This document shows, piece by piece, positions 18,246 through 31,043 of a DNA stretch of 64,000 nucleotides; the first letter of the stretch is position 1, and the number at the start of each line of letters is the position of its first letter. The stretch is taken from assembly GCA_965205265.1 (NCBI GenBank), contig CBDBGH010000003.1, positions 2,112,001 through 2,176,000 of the forward strand, given 5' to 3'. The notes below the pieces were generated by a model. The model was not told where the DNA came from. It was given only the letters and a program-made list of their open reading frames with translations, and made no database searches. This DNA comes from Alphaproteobacteria bacterium (GTDB taxonomy: Bacteria > Pseudomonadota > Alphaproteobacteria > Bin95). Made by a program: the position numbers and the translations under genes.

Positions 18246-19352
18246 ATGAAGCTCGGCCTGTTCTCGATGCCCCTGCATCGACCCGAAAAGCCGTTTCTGC
18301 AGACCCTGGAGGAGGACCGCGAGGCGATCCTGCTGGCGGACCGGCTCGGCTATTCCGAGGCCTGGATCGGCGAGCATTTCACCTCCAAGGTCGAGCAGAT
18401 CGCCTCGCCGCTGATCTTCCTCGCCACGCTGATCCACGAGACGCGCTCCATCCGCTTCGGCACCGGCGTCATCAACATCCCCCACCACCATCCGGTCACG
18501 GTCGCGAGCCATGTAGCGCTCTTCGACAATCTCAGCGAAGGCCGCTTCCTGTTCGGCATCGGGCCCGGCGGCCTCGTCAGCGACGCCGAAATGTACGGCC
18601 ACCACGACCCGGCGGAGCGCCAGCGCATGATGCTCGCCGCCATCGACATCGTGCTGGAGCTCTGGCGCGGCGAACCGCCTTACCGTTTCGAGAACGAATG
18701 GTGGGACATCGCCATCGACGAGGCGGTGTTTCCCCGCCACGGCGTCGGCCTCATCTCCAAGCCCTACCAGGACCCGCACCCGCCCGTCGCCATGGCGATG
18801 GTCTCGGCCCATTCGGGCTCGGCCGGCGTCTGCGGCGGACGCGGCTGGATTCCCATCTCGGCGAACTTCATCCCTTCGCGCGACGTGGCGACCCACTGGC
18901 CGCTCTACGCCGAGGCGGCGGAGCAGGCCGGCCGCCCGGCGGACCCGTCGGTCTGGCGGGTGGCGCGCAACCTGCTGGTGACGGAAAGCGACGGGCAGGC
19001 GGACGACATTCTCGGCGACCCGGACGGGCTGTTCCACTTCTACTTCCGCTATCTGCGCAGCCTGCGCCGGCTGCCGGAGGTGAAGGCGGTTGCGGATGCG
19101 CCCGCGGAAGAGCTGAACGAGTTGCTCGACGTGGAGGAGGCCGTCGCCGAAATCCCGATCTGCGGCACGGCGGAAACCGTGCTCGACCGGCTGGTCGCGC
19201 TGCGCGAGGAGATCGGCCCCTTCGGCACGCTGCTCATCGGCATGCATGACTGGGAGGACCCCCACCTCTGCCGCGCTTCCATGCGCGCCCTCGCCGAGGA
19301 TGTCCTGCCGGCCTTCTCGCAGCATTGCGGGGCGCTGGACGGGCGGACCTGA
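18246..19352 (+). CDS. LLM-class flavin-dependent oxidoreductase
   Basis: MKLGLFSMPLH, EAWIGEH, GRFLFGIGPG. Confidence 0.9.
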   Translation: MKLGLFSMPLHRPEKPFLQTLEEDREAILLADRLGYSEAWIGEHFTSKVEQIASPLIFLATLIHETRSIRFGTGVINIPHHHPVTVASHVALFDNLSEGRFLFGIGPGGLVSDAEMYGHHDPAERQRMMLAAIDIVLELWRGEPPYRFENEWWDIAIDEAVFPRHGVGLISKPYQDPHPPVAMAMVSAHSGSAGVCGGRGWIPISANFIPSRDVATHWPLYAEAAEQAGRPADPSVWRVARNLLVTESDGQADDILGDPDGLFHFYFRYLRSLRRLPEVKAVADAPAEELNELLDVEEAVAEIPICGTAETVLDRLVALREEIGPFGTLLIGMHDWEDPHLCRASMRALAEDVLPAFSQHCGALDGRT

Positions 19353-19432
19353 CGCTGCCGCCCCGCCCGGTTGCCGCCGAACAGGCCGTTGCATAGGATT
19401 TCGCTGCCGACCGCGAACGCCGGAGACACGCC

Positions 19433-20602
19433 ATGAACCGCGTTTCGACCCCGGAGACGGAACCGACCAGGGCCGAACATGCCGCGCGCACCGCGGCCTA
19501 TCTCGGCGCCGGCGAGGCGCGCGCCCGCGGCCTCGCAAACCGCGGCCCCATGCGCTTCGGCCCCGACGGCAGGCTTCATCCCGATATTCTGGCGGCATAC
19601 CGGAAGCACGGCTTCTACGTGTTCGAGGGCGTGATCGGCGAAGCGGAACTGGACGAGTTGCGCGCCGACGCCGACATGATGATCTCGCGCGCGCCGGTCC
19701 GTCCCGACGCCGATCTGGACGCGCAGGGCCGCCCCGCGCTCGGCCGGGACTATGCCCGCGAGCCCTATACGCTGGTGAAGCCGCTCTCCGACCCTTGGGG
19801 CGGCACCGGCAAGCTCAACGGCCGCCATCCCCACCGGATGACCCAGCCGACACCCGACGCCGATGCGCCGGACTATGTGGTGTTCCTGATGTACGGCATG
19901 TGCCAGGCCATGCCGGCGGCGCTGCGCGTCTATGGCCACCCCTGCCTGCTGGCGGTGGCGGAGGCGATCAACGGGACGGACTTCGTGCCCTATAACGACG
20001 CCGTCTTCGTCAAGCAGGCCGGCGTCGGCGGCTCCGTCGCCTGGCACCAGGACGGCGTGACCCACTGGGACTCGCCCGACTGGGACGAGGGCAGCCACGG
20101 CTTCAACTTCCAGGTGCAGCTCTACCCGACGACGCCCGCCAACTGCCTCTGGGTCGTGCCCGGCACCCACAAGGCGGGGCGGATCGACATTCCGCGCCGG
20201 GTCCGGGAAAACGGCGGCGACGAGAAGCTGCCGGACGCCGTGCCGCTCATCTGCGAGCCGGGCGACGTAACGGCCGTCAACCGCCAGATGCTGCACGGCT
20301 CCTTCGCCAACACATCGCCCGACAAGCGCATCTCGATCACCATGGGCTTCCATCGCCGCCGCTCGGTTCTGGGCCAGCGGGGCAAGCTCAGCATGGGCGC
20401 GGACCAGGTCTATGACGAGCAGCGCATCTTCGAGCGCTCGGCCGTCATCCAGGTCGCGATAGACGCGCGGCGGCAGCGCTTTCCCGAGGAGGCGCCCTTC
20501 CGCTACCGACCCTTCGAGGGGCTGGAAGAGCGGTTCCGCTACAATGACGAGACCTTCGAGCGGGTCATCCGCGACTACAACACGAAGGACCTGGCGATCT
20601 GA
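19433..20602 (+). CDS. Phytanoyl-CoA dioxygenase (PhyH) family protein
   Basis: WHQD, VPGTH, LHGS..N...R. Confidence 0.88.
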   Translation: MNRVSTPETEPTRAEHAARTAAYLGAGEARARGLANRGPMRFGPDGRLHPDILAAYRKHGFYVFEGVIGEAELDELRADADMMISRAPVRPDADLDAQGRPALGRDYAREPYTLVKPLSDPWGGTGKLNGRHPHRMTQPTPDADAPDYVVFLMYGMCQAMPAALRVYGHPCLLAVAEAINGTDFVPYNDAVFVKQAGVGGSVAWHQDGVTHWDSPDWDEGSHGFNFQVQLYPTTPANCLWVVPGTHKAGRIDIPRRVRENGGDEKLPDAVPLICEPGDVTAVNRQMLHGSFANTSPDKRISITMGFHRRRSVLGQRGKLSMGADQVYDEQRIFERSAVIQVAIDARRQRFPEEAPFRYRPFEGLEERFRYNDETFERVIRDYNTKDLAI

Positions 20603-20634
20603 CGCCGGCGGGCGCGGACAGGGAGGATACGGAC

Positions 20635-21696
20635 ATGGATGCGATGGGCAGTTTCCTCGATTCGACCGAGCTCATGGAGGACGGCCCGGCGCTCGCCGAA
20701 CGGCTGGAGCGCGACGGCTACCTCTTCCTTCGCGGCCTGCTGCCGCGCGATGCCGTCATGGAGGTGCGCCGGCGGATGCTGGAGAAGGCGGCGGAAGGCG
20801 GCTGGCTCGACCCGGCGCATCCGGTGGAGAAGGGCGTCGCCGACAAGGCCGCCGCCTGCAAGGACCCCGAGGAACGCTACATGCAGGTGTTCCGGCGCAT
20901 GTGGAAGGACGAGGAGCTGCACCGGCTCCGCATCCATCCGAACGTGCTGGCGCTGTTCGAGCGCATCTTCGGCGAGCCGGTGCTGGCGCACCCGATGTTC
21001 ATCCAGCGCAACATCTTCCCGCAGACCGAGAGCTTCGATTTTACCACCGGCGCGCACCAGGACAAGGTGCATATCGGGGGCGCGACCAACCATGCGCTCT
21101 GGGCGCCGCTCGGCGACTGCCCGCTGGAGAAGGGGGCGCTCGCGGTGGCGGCCGGTTCTCACCGCGCCGGCGTGCTCGACACCAGGGTCGGCAACGGCGC
21201 GGGCGGCATGGACATCGCCGTGCCGATCCCCGGCGAGTGGGTCACGGGCGCCTTCGAGGCGGGCGATGCGCTCATCTTCGCGGACACCGTCGTGCATTGC
21301 GCGCTGCCCAACCGCACGGACGAGATCAGGCAATCCTTCGACGACCGCTACCAGCCGGCGAGCCAGCCGATCGCGGACACCAACATGGTGCCCTATTCCG
21401 GCTGCGGCACATGGGAGGAGGTCTATGCGGACTGGTCCTCCGACGACGGGCAGTATTTCTGGCGCACGCTCTCGCCGACCGTCGTGCCGCTGGACCGGCA
21501 ATATTACGAACGCCGCGACCGGATGGCCTTCGATATGGCCGCGGAGGGCGACCCGGCAGCGCGCGACGCGCTGCTCCGCATCGCCCAGCGCGATCCCGAC
21601 GAGGCGAAGCGCCGCCGCGCCGAAAAGGCGCTGCACGAACTCGCCGCCATGACAGGCCAACAGGAAAGCGGCGCCACGCACATTGCGTCGGCCTAG
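20635..21696 (+). CDS. PhyH family dioxygenase
   Basis: AHQD, WAPLGD, GSH, VHCALPN...RQSFD. Confidence 0.88.
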   Translation: MDAMGSFLDSTELMEDGPALAERLERDGYLFLRGLLPRDAVMEVRRRMLEKAAEGGWLDPAHPVEKGVADKAAACKDPEERYMQVFRRMWKDEELHRLRIHPNVLALFERIFGEPVLAHPMFIQRNIFPQTESFDFTTGAHQDKVHIGGATNHALWAPLGDCPLEKGALAVAAGSHRAGVLDTRVGNGAGGMDIAVPIPGEWVTGAFEAGDALIFADTVVHCALPNRTDEIRQSFDDRYQPASQPIADTNMVPYSGCGTWEEVYADWSSDDGQYFWRTLSPTVVPLDRQYYERRDRMAFDMAAEGDPAARDALLRIAQRDPDEAKRRRAEKALHELAAMTGQQESGATHIASA

Positions 21697-22432
21697 AGGC
21701 CGCTGGCGCAGGCTGAAACCCACGCTTCAGGCCACGCCCCTCACAGGCGGATATTGCGCGCCGCGTCCTCCGGGTCCCGGTGCAGGAATTCCGGGCCGAG
21801 CCGGTCGAGGGACGGGCAGCCGATCTGGGCCATGACCTTTCCTGACTTCGACGGTTGATTCGCATAAGTAGTTGATATTGCCTGGTTCTCATTTCGGCTA
21901 GGCACTACATCCGGCATTTCTTCGAGCCGTGCTTCGTCGACGGTCAGGCGAGTTGATACGGGGTGATCGTCAGGGGCAGCCCCATGGTTGCGTAAATCTG
22001 CTCCGCCGCCGGTGTCGGCTTCGAGGGGATGACGTAGCGGTTGCCCGATTGCCGACAGCGCAGCAGGGAGCACTGGCGGTGGACGAGGGCGGAGCGGATG
22101 ACCTCCGGGGACATCCGCCGCTTCTGGATGGCGACGCGGTACGCAAGGTGTCGAACGCAGGCGAAGGCCAGTATAGCGCGACAATCTGGGTGAGAGCCGC
22201 GCGTCAATCAGGATGAGATTCCCCGGCGGCATCGGCGAGTTGATGATTGTCGCGCGGGGCGCGGATTGCAAGCGGTTTCGGATTTTGATTGTCGCGGCGC
22301 GACAAACAAGGTTTTCGGAGAGCGTTTTGATTGTCGCGGGGGGGCCGTCGGGTCGGAGAAGAGACGGCCCGCGGAGGCGATTCCCGCGGGCCGTGAGTGT
22401 TGTGGCCGCTGGGCCGATCTGGCGGCAGCGGT

Positions 22433-24780
<2,348 letters not shown>

Positions 24781-26640
24781 CTACTCGGAAAAACGTCACC
24801 GTTCGCCCAGCCGACCGACCCCGCCAGAAGGTCCAGGAAAAATTTTTTGAGGCGGCGGCCCGGAACTCCGGTCGGGCTACGCCCTCCCTCCGTTCCGGGC
24901 CGCCGCCTTCCCCCGTCTCATCCTGATTGTCGCCAGCGTCTCAAGCTGATTGTCGCGCCGCAGGCCAGGAAGGCGATGGCGATGTGAGCGCGGATCCGGT
25001 CCGGGTTCCAGTGCCAGATGGGACGTATCTTCAGGTCGTGTTTGGTGATCCGGAAGCTCTCCTCGACCTGCCAGAGCCCCTGGTAGTGAGCCATCACTTC
25101 GGTGACGCGCGCGTCGCGCAGATTGGTGATGACGCCGGTGAGCCCGTCCCATCGTGCGGCCTCGGCGATCTTCTCCGGGTTCACCGTGAGCCGTGCGTCG
25201 CCCTCGACGGCGATGAAGCGCTTCGCCCCGTGATTGGAGAGCAGTTCCCTGGGATTGTCGCTGCGGGCCAGCCTGTCGAGCAGGCGTTCCACCTGATGGC
25301 GGCGCTCGTGCGCGTCCTTGCGTGCGCGCTGGGGGCAGAAGACGACGATCAGGCGACGGCCCTTGTACTCCCACTCGCCGACCCGGCGGTCCTGTGAGCC
25401 CTCCAGCGGGGCATAGGTCCCGGGGTCGAGAACCTGCCCCAGCAGCGCGAGCGGCAGCTTGCGCAGCCGCGCGCCGACGACATACTCGCCGCCGATGGCG
25501 TCCATGGCGTCGAGGTTGTCGGCGCTCAGCATGCCCCGGTCGGCCACGCATACCGTGCGCTCCACCTGGTGGCGGCGCTGCATGTCCTGCAGGACCGGGA
25601 CCATGCTGTGTCCCTCGTAGGTGGCGCCGGGGAAGACCTCGTAGCTGATCGGCAGCCCTTCGCGCGTCACCATCAGCGCCAGCAGAACCTGCGAGTCCTT
25701 GTGTTTGCCGTCCTTGCTGAAGCCGTGCTGGCGAAGCTCGTCCTCGGCGGCCGTCTCGAAGTAGAGCGTGGTGCAATCGAAGAAGAGGATCGCGACCGGC
25801 TCCGGCAGCAGCGACCGGCTCGCCTCGCCGACGCGCGTGCGCAGTCGCTCGATCACCGTCGCGTCGAGCTGATCCATCATCCGGTAGACCTTCTCGAGCG
25901 GAAGACTCACGCCGAAGTCCTCCTCGAGCCGGCGCACGCTGCCCCGCTTGCTGTCGGGGTTGGCTACCCGCGCCATCACCACATGGAACAGCGCGTCATG
26001 GGAGGCCCGGTAGCGCGAGCGCGGCAGCAGCGCGTCGAGGCCCAGCAGCCGGTAGATCTCGCCATAGACCTCGTGGATGCCTGTGATCAGGCGCTGCTCC
26101 TCTTCAAGCTGCTTGAGGTCGACCGGGAGTTCCTCCTTGCCGTCCCCCCGGCGGCCGACACGGATCGCCTGCTCAGCGATCTTCTCGGGCGCAAACAATG
26201 CCGGCTGACGCTCGTCCTCCAGCTTCGCCTTGACGTACTCGCCGAGCTGCCTCAGGCGCTCGAGCTCGTCCTCGTCCATGGCCACGCCGACATGGCGGAC
26301 GATGCGCTGTCGGACCTTGCCGCCGTCGCGCACGGCCTCGACGATCTGGACCGAGCGTCGCGGGCTGTTGGGGGAGGTCTTGATGCGCACGAACATGGGG
26401 GGAGTGTAGCGCGTGGCGGAGGCATTGACAGTCTCAAAGATTTACTAGGCACTACAACGCAGCTTGACCGCACCGCAACTGCCAACTCATTGGCTTTACT
26501 GAAAACTCCAGACGCGAGATCGGTCAGAAGTCAGCCCAACCGTCGAAGTCAGGAGGCCAACAGGAAAGCGGCGCCACGCACATTGCGTCGGCCTAGAGGC
26601 CGCTGGCGCAGGCTGAAACCCACGCTTCAGGCCACGCCCC

Positions 26641-27810
26641 TCACAGGCGGATATTGCGCGCCGCGTCCTCCGGGTCCCGGTGCAGGAATTCCGGGCCGAG
26701 CCGGTCGAGGGACGGGCAGCCGATCTGGGCCATGACCTTTTCGATCTCGTCGCGGAGGATGTCCACCGCCCTGGCGGCCCCGGCTGCGCCGCCCGCGACC
26801 GCGCCGTAGAGGGTCGGGCGGCCGAGGAAGACGAACTTCGCTCCGCTCGTGAGCGCGATCAGTATGTCCGCGCCCCGGCGGACGCCGCCGTCCAGCATCA
26901 GCGCCATGCGGTCGCCGACGGTCGCGTCGAGCGCCGGCAGCATATCCAGCGGGGAGGGCGCGCGGTCGAGTTGGCGGGCGCCGTGGTTGGACACGATCAG
27001 CCCGTCTGCGCCGGCCTCCGCTGCGCGCAGCGCGTCGTCCGCTCGCAGGACGCCCTTCAGGATCAGCGTGCGCGGCCAGAGCGCGCGGAACCGCTCGATA
27101 TCGGGCCAGGTAAGGCCGGTCGGCCTCTGTCCGGCCACGAATTCATCGACCTCTTTGGCGCTGGCGCCCGCCGGCGCATAGGGCCGCCAGTTCTCCAACA
27201 TGGCGGAACCGTGCCTGATGTAGTCTTTCAGCCAGAGCGGATGGCGGAGCGCATTCAGCTTCGTCGCGAGCGTGAGCCTGCCGCCGAGGCCGTTGCGCCG
27301 GTTGCGCTCCTTGTTGGAATCGACCGGCGCATCGACCGTGACCACCAGGGCGGGAATGCCGAGGTCGGCGGCGCGCCGGATCATGTCTTCGGAGATCGAC
27401 CGGTCCTTCGCTGCGGACAACTGGTACCAGCCATGCTCGGGCGCCTCGCGCGCCATGTCCTCCATCGAGGCGGTGGCGACAATCGACATAACGAAGGGGA
27501 TATTCGCGTCCCGCGCGGCCCGCCACAGCATCGCGTCGCCGCCGCGGCGGAAATTGCCGATGCCGCCCGTGGGCGCGATGCCGTAGGGGCTGGACCATCG
27601 GCGCCCGAACAGCTCCACCGACCGGTCCAGCGTCGAGACATCCACCATGTAGCGCGGCACGAGCGAGCGCCGCCGGAAGGCCTCCTCATTGCGCTGGAGC
27701 CCGCCCTCGTCGTCCACACCGCCCTCGATGTAGTCGTAAACCAGCTTCGGCACGCGCCTCTTCGCCAGCACGCGCAGATCGTCGAGATTGACGCACTTGT
27801 CGATCTTCAC
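26641..27810 (-). CDS. FMN-dependent alpha-hydroxy-acid oxidase/dehydrogenase, paralog B
   Basis: LKG, SNHGARQLD, DGGVRRG, GRP; GTG start. Confidence 0.88.
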   Translation of the reverse strand: MKIDKCVNLDDLRVLAKRRVPKLVYDYIEGGVDDEGGLQRNEEAFRRRSLVPRYMVDVSTLDRSVELFGRRWSSPYGIAPTGGIGNFRRGGDAMLWRAARDANIPFVMSIVATASMEDMAREAPEHGWYQLSAAKDRSISEDMIRRAADLGIPALVVTVDAPVDSNKERNRRNGLGGRLTLATKLNALRHPLWLKDYIRHGSAMLENWRPYAPAGASAKEVDEFVAGQRPTGLTWPDIERFRALWPRTLILKGVLRADDALRAAEAGADGLIVSNHGARQLDRAPSPLDMLPALDATVGDRMALMLDGGVRRGADILIALTSGAKFVFLGRPTLYGAVAGGAAGAARAVDILRDEIEKVMAQIGCPSLDRLGPEFLHRDPEDAARNIRL

Positions 27811-27965
27811 CCGGCCTTCTCCCGGCATCGCCTGCCGCAGTTCCGGCCGGCGCAACGCTCCCAAATGGGTTCGGTCCCGCCGGCCGGCAACCGTCCGGCC
27901 CGAACAGCCCCTTCGCTCTTAAGGTCGCGGCCGCAACCTTCACTTCTTGCTTCGGGCCGCGGCCG

Positions 27966-29141
27966 TCACAGCCGGATGTTGCGCGCCGCGTCTTCCGGGT
28001 CCCGGTGCAGGAATTCCGGCCCCAACCGGTCCAGCGACGGGCAGCCGATCTGGGCCATCACCTTGTCGATCTCGTCGCGGAGGATGTCCACCGCCCTGAC
28101 GGCTCCGGCCGCGCCGCCCGCGACCGCGCCGTAGAGCGTCGGTCGGCCGAGGAACACAAACTTCGCCCCGCTCGCGAGCGCAATCAGGATGTCCGCGCCG
28201 CGCCGGACGCCGCCGTCCAGCATCAGCGCCATGCGGTCGCCCACTTCCGCATCCAGCGCCGGCAGCACATCCAGCGGCGACGGTGCCCGGTCGAGCTGGC
28301 GGGCGCCGTGGTTGGAGACCATCAGCCCGTCCACGCCGGCCTCCGCCGCCTGGAGCGCATCGTCGGTGCGCATCACCCCCTTCAGGATGAACGTGCGCGG
28401 CCAGAGCGCCCGGAACCGCTCGATATCGGCCCAGGTGAGGTTGGCCGGGACCTGTTCGGCCATGAATTCGCCGACCTCGAGCGCGCTCGCGCCCGCCGGC
28501 GCATAGGGTTGCCAGTTCTCCAGCATGGCGAAACCCTGTTTCATGTAGTCCCGGAGCCAGGCGGGATGGCGGAGCGTGTCCAGCTTCGTCCTGAGCGTCA
28601 GCCTGAGCGGGCGGCCGAAGCCGTTGCGCCGGTTGCGCTCGCGGTTGGAATGGACCGGCACATCGACCGTGACGACGAGCGCCGGAATCCCGAGATCCGC
28701 CGCGCGGCGGATCATATCTTCGGAGATCGAGCGGTCCTTCGCCGTGTACATCTGGTACCAGCCATGCTCCGGCGCCTCTCGCGCCATGTCCTCCATCGAA
28801 GCGTTGGCGGCCCCGGACATGATGAAGGGGATATTGGCGTCGCGCGCCGCCCGCGCCAGCATCATGTCGCCGCCGCAACGATAATTGCCGATGCCGCCGG
28901 TGGGCGCGATGCCGTAGGGGCTCGACCAGGTGCGGCCGAACAGCTCCACCGACTGGTCGAGCACCGAAACATCGACCATGTAGCGAGGCACGAGGGAACG
29001 CCGCTGAAAGGCGTCCTCATTGCGCTGGAGTCCCTCCTCGTCGTCCACGCCGCCCTCGATGAAATCATAGACCAGCTTCGGCACGCGCTTCTTCGCCAGC
29101 ACGCGCAGATCGTCGAGATTGATGCACTTGTCGATATTCAT
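27966..29141 (-). CDS. FMN-dependent alpha-hydroxy-acid oxidase/dehydrogenase, paralog A
   Basis: WYQMY, TVDVP..NRE, SNHGARQLD, DGGVRRG. Confidence 0.9.
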   Translation of the reverse strand: MNIDKCINLDDLRVLAKKRVPKLVYDFIEGGVDDEEGLQRNEDAFQRRSLVPRYMVDVSVLDQSVELFGRTWSSPYGIAPTGGIGNYRCGGDMMLARAARDANIPFIMSGAANASMEDMAREAPEHGWYQMYTAKDRSISEDMIRRAADLGIPALVVTVDVPVHSNRERNRRNGFGRPLRLTLRTKLDTLRHPAWLRDYMKQGFAMLENWQPYAPAGASALEVGEFMAEQVPANLTWADIERFRALWPRTFILKGVMRTDDALQAAEAGVDGLMVSNHGARQLDRAPSPLDVLPALDAEVGDRMALMLDGGVRRGADILIALASGAKFVFLGRPTLYGAVAGGAAGAVRAVDILRDEIDKVMAQIGCPSLDRLGPEFLHRDPEDAARNIRL

Positions 29142-29285
29142 CCGGCCCTCCCCCGGCGCCGGCCGCCGTTGCGTCGGGCAGAGTATTCCCAACCGGCCCC
29201 GTCCTGTCAGCCGCAAACTGTCCCACCCCATAATGGTCCGCTCCGGGGCGCGACAAATGACCCGGCGGGATCGGGTGTAGCATGA

Positions 29286-29772
29286 TGTTCATTAAATATC
29301 GGTAATAATTCTAAAAAACATTTGACATATTAGAACAAGACTCCATATTTGGCCGGACGGGGCGGTGTCCGGAAGCCGCCTTGTCCTTCGCGTCCGCGCC
29401 GGCGCGAAAAAGCCTCGATTCAGCCGACAGGCGAAGTGCGCCCTGCGCCTGGCTCGCGCGCGCGGGCGCACCCGGGCAATCAGGCGCGCGATTCGCGCCG
29501 CCGCGAAACGCGCGCAGGCGGGCGCAGGCACGGGCGCGCAGGATACGCGCGAATCAGGGTCCCGCCGCGCCGGGCAGCCGGGTGGCGGGGAGAGTGGAAC
29601 AAAACGGGATGAAAGAACGATATGCGGAAGATGAACAAACACAGCTTCGGCGAGGCACACATGCCGCCGGACAAGCTCCCCTCCTGCTCGCGGGAGAGGC
29701 CGGGAGAGGGGCGGAACCCATGCTCGAACAGCACACAGGTTATGCGCCTCGCGCATGCGGAACATGACATTT
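29286..29772 (+). repeat. Dispersed non-coding element, copy A (AT-rich promoter, conserved core 29416-29561, CATGAC end motif)
   Basis: Collinear similarity to the reverse complement of 61048-61471. Confidence 0.75.
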
Positions 29773-29787
29773 GTATGGACGCCTCCC

Positions 29788-30062
29788 GTTACGCAAGGGT
29801 TGATTTGGTGTGAGGGTTTTGGAGGTTGCAGTTTTGTATCCGGCCTTTTGTGTGGGGCGTGATGCCCGCTGGCCCTGATGGGATTTGCCGATCCGCGCCT
29901 CATTTCCATGACGGGCCTCTCGCCCTTCAATGTCATGCAGGCTTGGCGGATCGCGGTCTGCCCCGTTTGCCATCACTCCTTGTCGTGCCTTGCGCAATCT
30001 TCTGGCGGCTTCCTCCTGTGCCGGTTCGCCCTGTCGGTTTGTGTGCTGTTGTCGCTCTCACC
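29788..30062 (-). ncRNA. Bridge/seek RNA region of the IS1111-type element (boundaries approximate)
   Basis: Target-matching guides at 29901-29912 and 29929-29937; donor-matching guides at 29833-29839 and 29878-29884; each pair brackets a hairpin. Confidence 0.75.
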
Positions 30063-31043
30063 CTATGTCGGCTGGCTGACGAAGTTCGCCTGGTATGCCC
30101 GGTCATGAGCCAGCAAGGCCCAGATCGTTCGCGCCGTCTTGTTGGCCAGCGCCACTGTGACCACGTTGGGCGGTCGCCGCGAAGCCAGGCGCAGGGCCCA
30201 TTCGGGCGGTGTCTTGCTTCTGGCGAGCACCGTGCGCGCGCCGTGGATCAGCAGGGTCCGCAGATATTTGTCGCCGCGCTTGGAGATGCCGAGCATGCGC
30301 ACCCGTCCCCCGGTGCCCGTGTGGCGCGGCGCCAGACCGAGCCAGGCGGCGAACTCGCGTCCGGAGCTGAAGGCGGCAGGATCGCCCATCACCGCCACGA
30401 CAGCGGTCGCGGTGAGTATGCCGACGCCGGGGATCTCCGCGACCCGCTGGCTGCCGGGACTGCTGCGGTGCCACAGCGCGATCCGTCGTTCGATCACGGC
30501 GATGTCCCTGTCGAGCGTACCGACACGCTTCCACTGCTCGCGCAGGGTCTCGACGACCGGCGCCGGAAGACGCGCCGCGAGGCGGTCCAGGGCCGGAGCG
30601 ATCCCACGACCGATGCCGGCCCGACCTTTCGCCATGACCTCGCCATACTCGGCCAGCAGGCCGCGCAGGGCGTTGATCTGCGCGGTGCGGAACTTCACCA
30701 ACTGCTGGCGCATGCGATGCAGCGCCAGAACCGCCTGCTGCTCCTCGCTCTTGACCGCCACCGTCTTCACGCCCGGTTGCTGCGCGGCGGTCCAGATCGC
30801 CCGGGCGTCACGCGCGTCGTTCTTGTTGCCGACCGCGAAAGGCCGCACCGCCCGCGCCCAATGCTGCGAGCCCCCGCACGCCTCCATCGCCACCACGCAG
30901 GGCGAACGGGCGGCGAAATGCTTCAGGAACTTCGCCCGCACCAGCTGCAAATCGACAATCTCCCCCGTCTCCCAATCGACCCAGTGCAACTGGAACACGC
31001 GCTTGGCCGTATCCACACCGACCACCGTTCTGTTAGTCTCCAT
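30063..31043 (-). CDS. IS110-family recombinase/transposase with an apparent in-frame internal deletion (possibly inactive)
   Basis: GVDTAK, MEAC, KNDARDA, IPGVG, GLAPRHTGTGG, VALANKTAR; HWAR runs directly into AVRPF. Confidence 0.85.
   Translation of the reverse strand: METNRTVVGVDTAKRVFQLHWVDWETGEIVDLQLVRAKFLKHFAARSPCVVAMEACGGSQHWARAVRPFAVGNKNDARDARAIWTAAQQPGVKTVAVKSEEQQAVLALHRMRQQLVKFRTAQINALRGLLAEYGEVMAKGRAGIGRGIAPALDRLAARLPAPVVETLREQWKRVGTLDRDIAVIERRIALWHRSSPGSQRVAEIPGVGILTATAVVAVMGDPAAFSSGREFAAWLGLAPRHTGTGGRVRMLGISKRGDKYLRTLLIHGARTVLARSKTPPEWALRLASRRPPNVVTVALANKTARTIWALLAHDRAYQANFVSQPT

Noticed and set aside
29292-29936. ORFs over the dispersed element (e.g. 29365-29634, 61061-61435) as real proteins
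   Set aside because: Arg/Ala low-complexity translations, no shared start or stop between copies, and a frame-breaking indel in a conserved block
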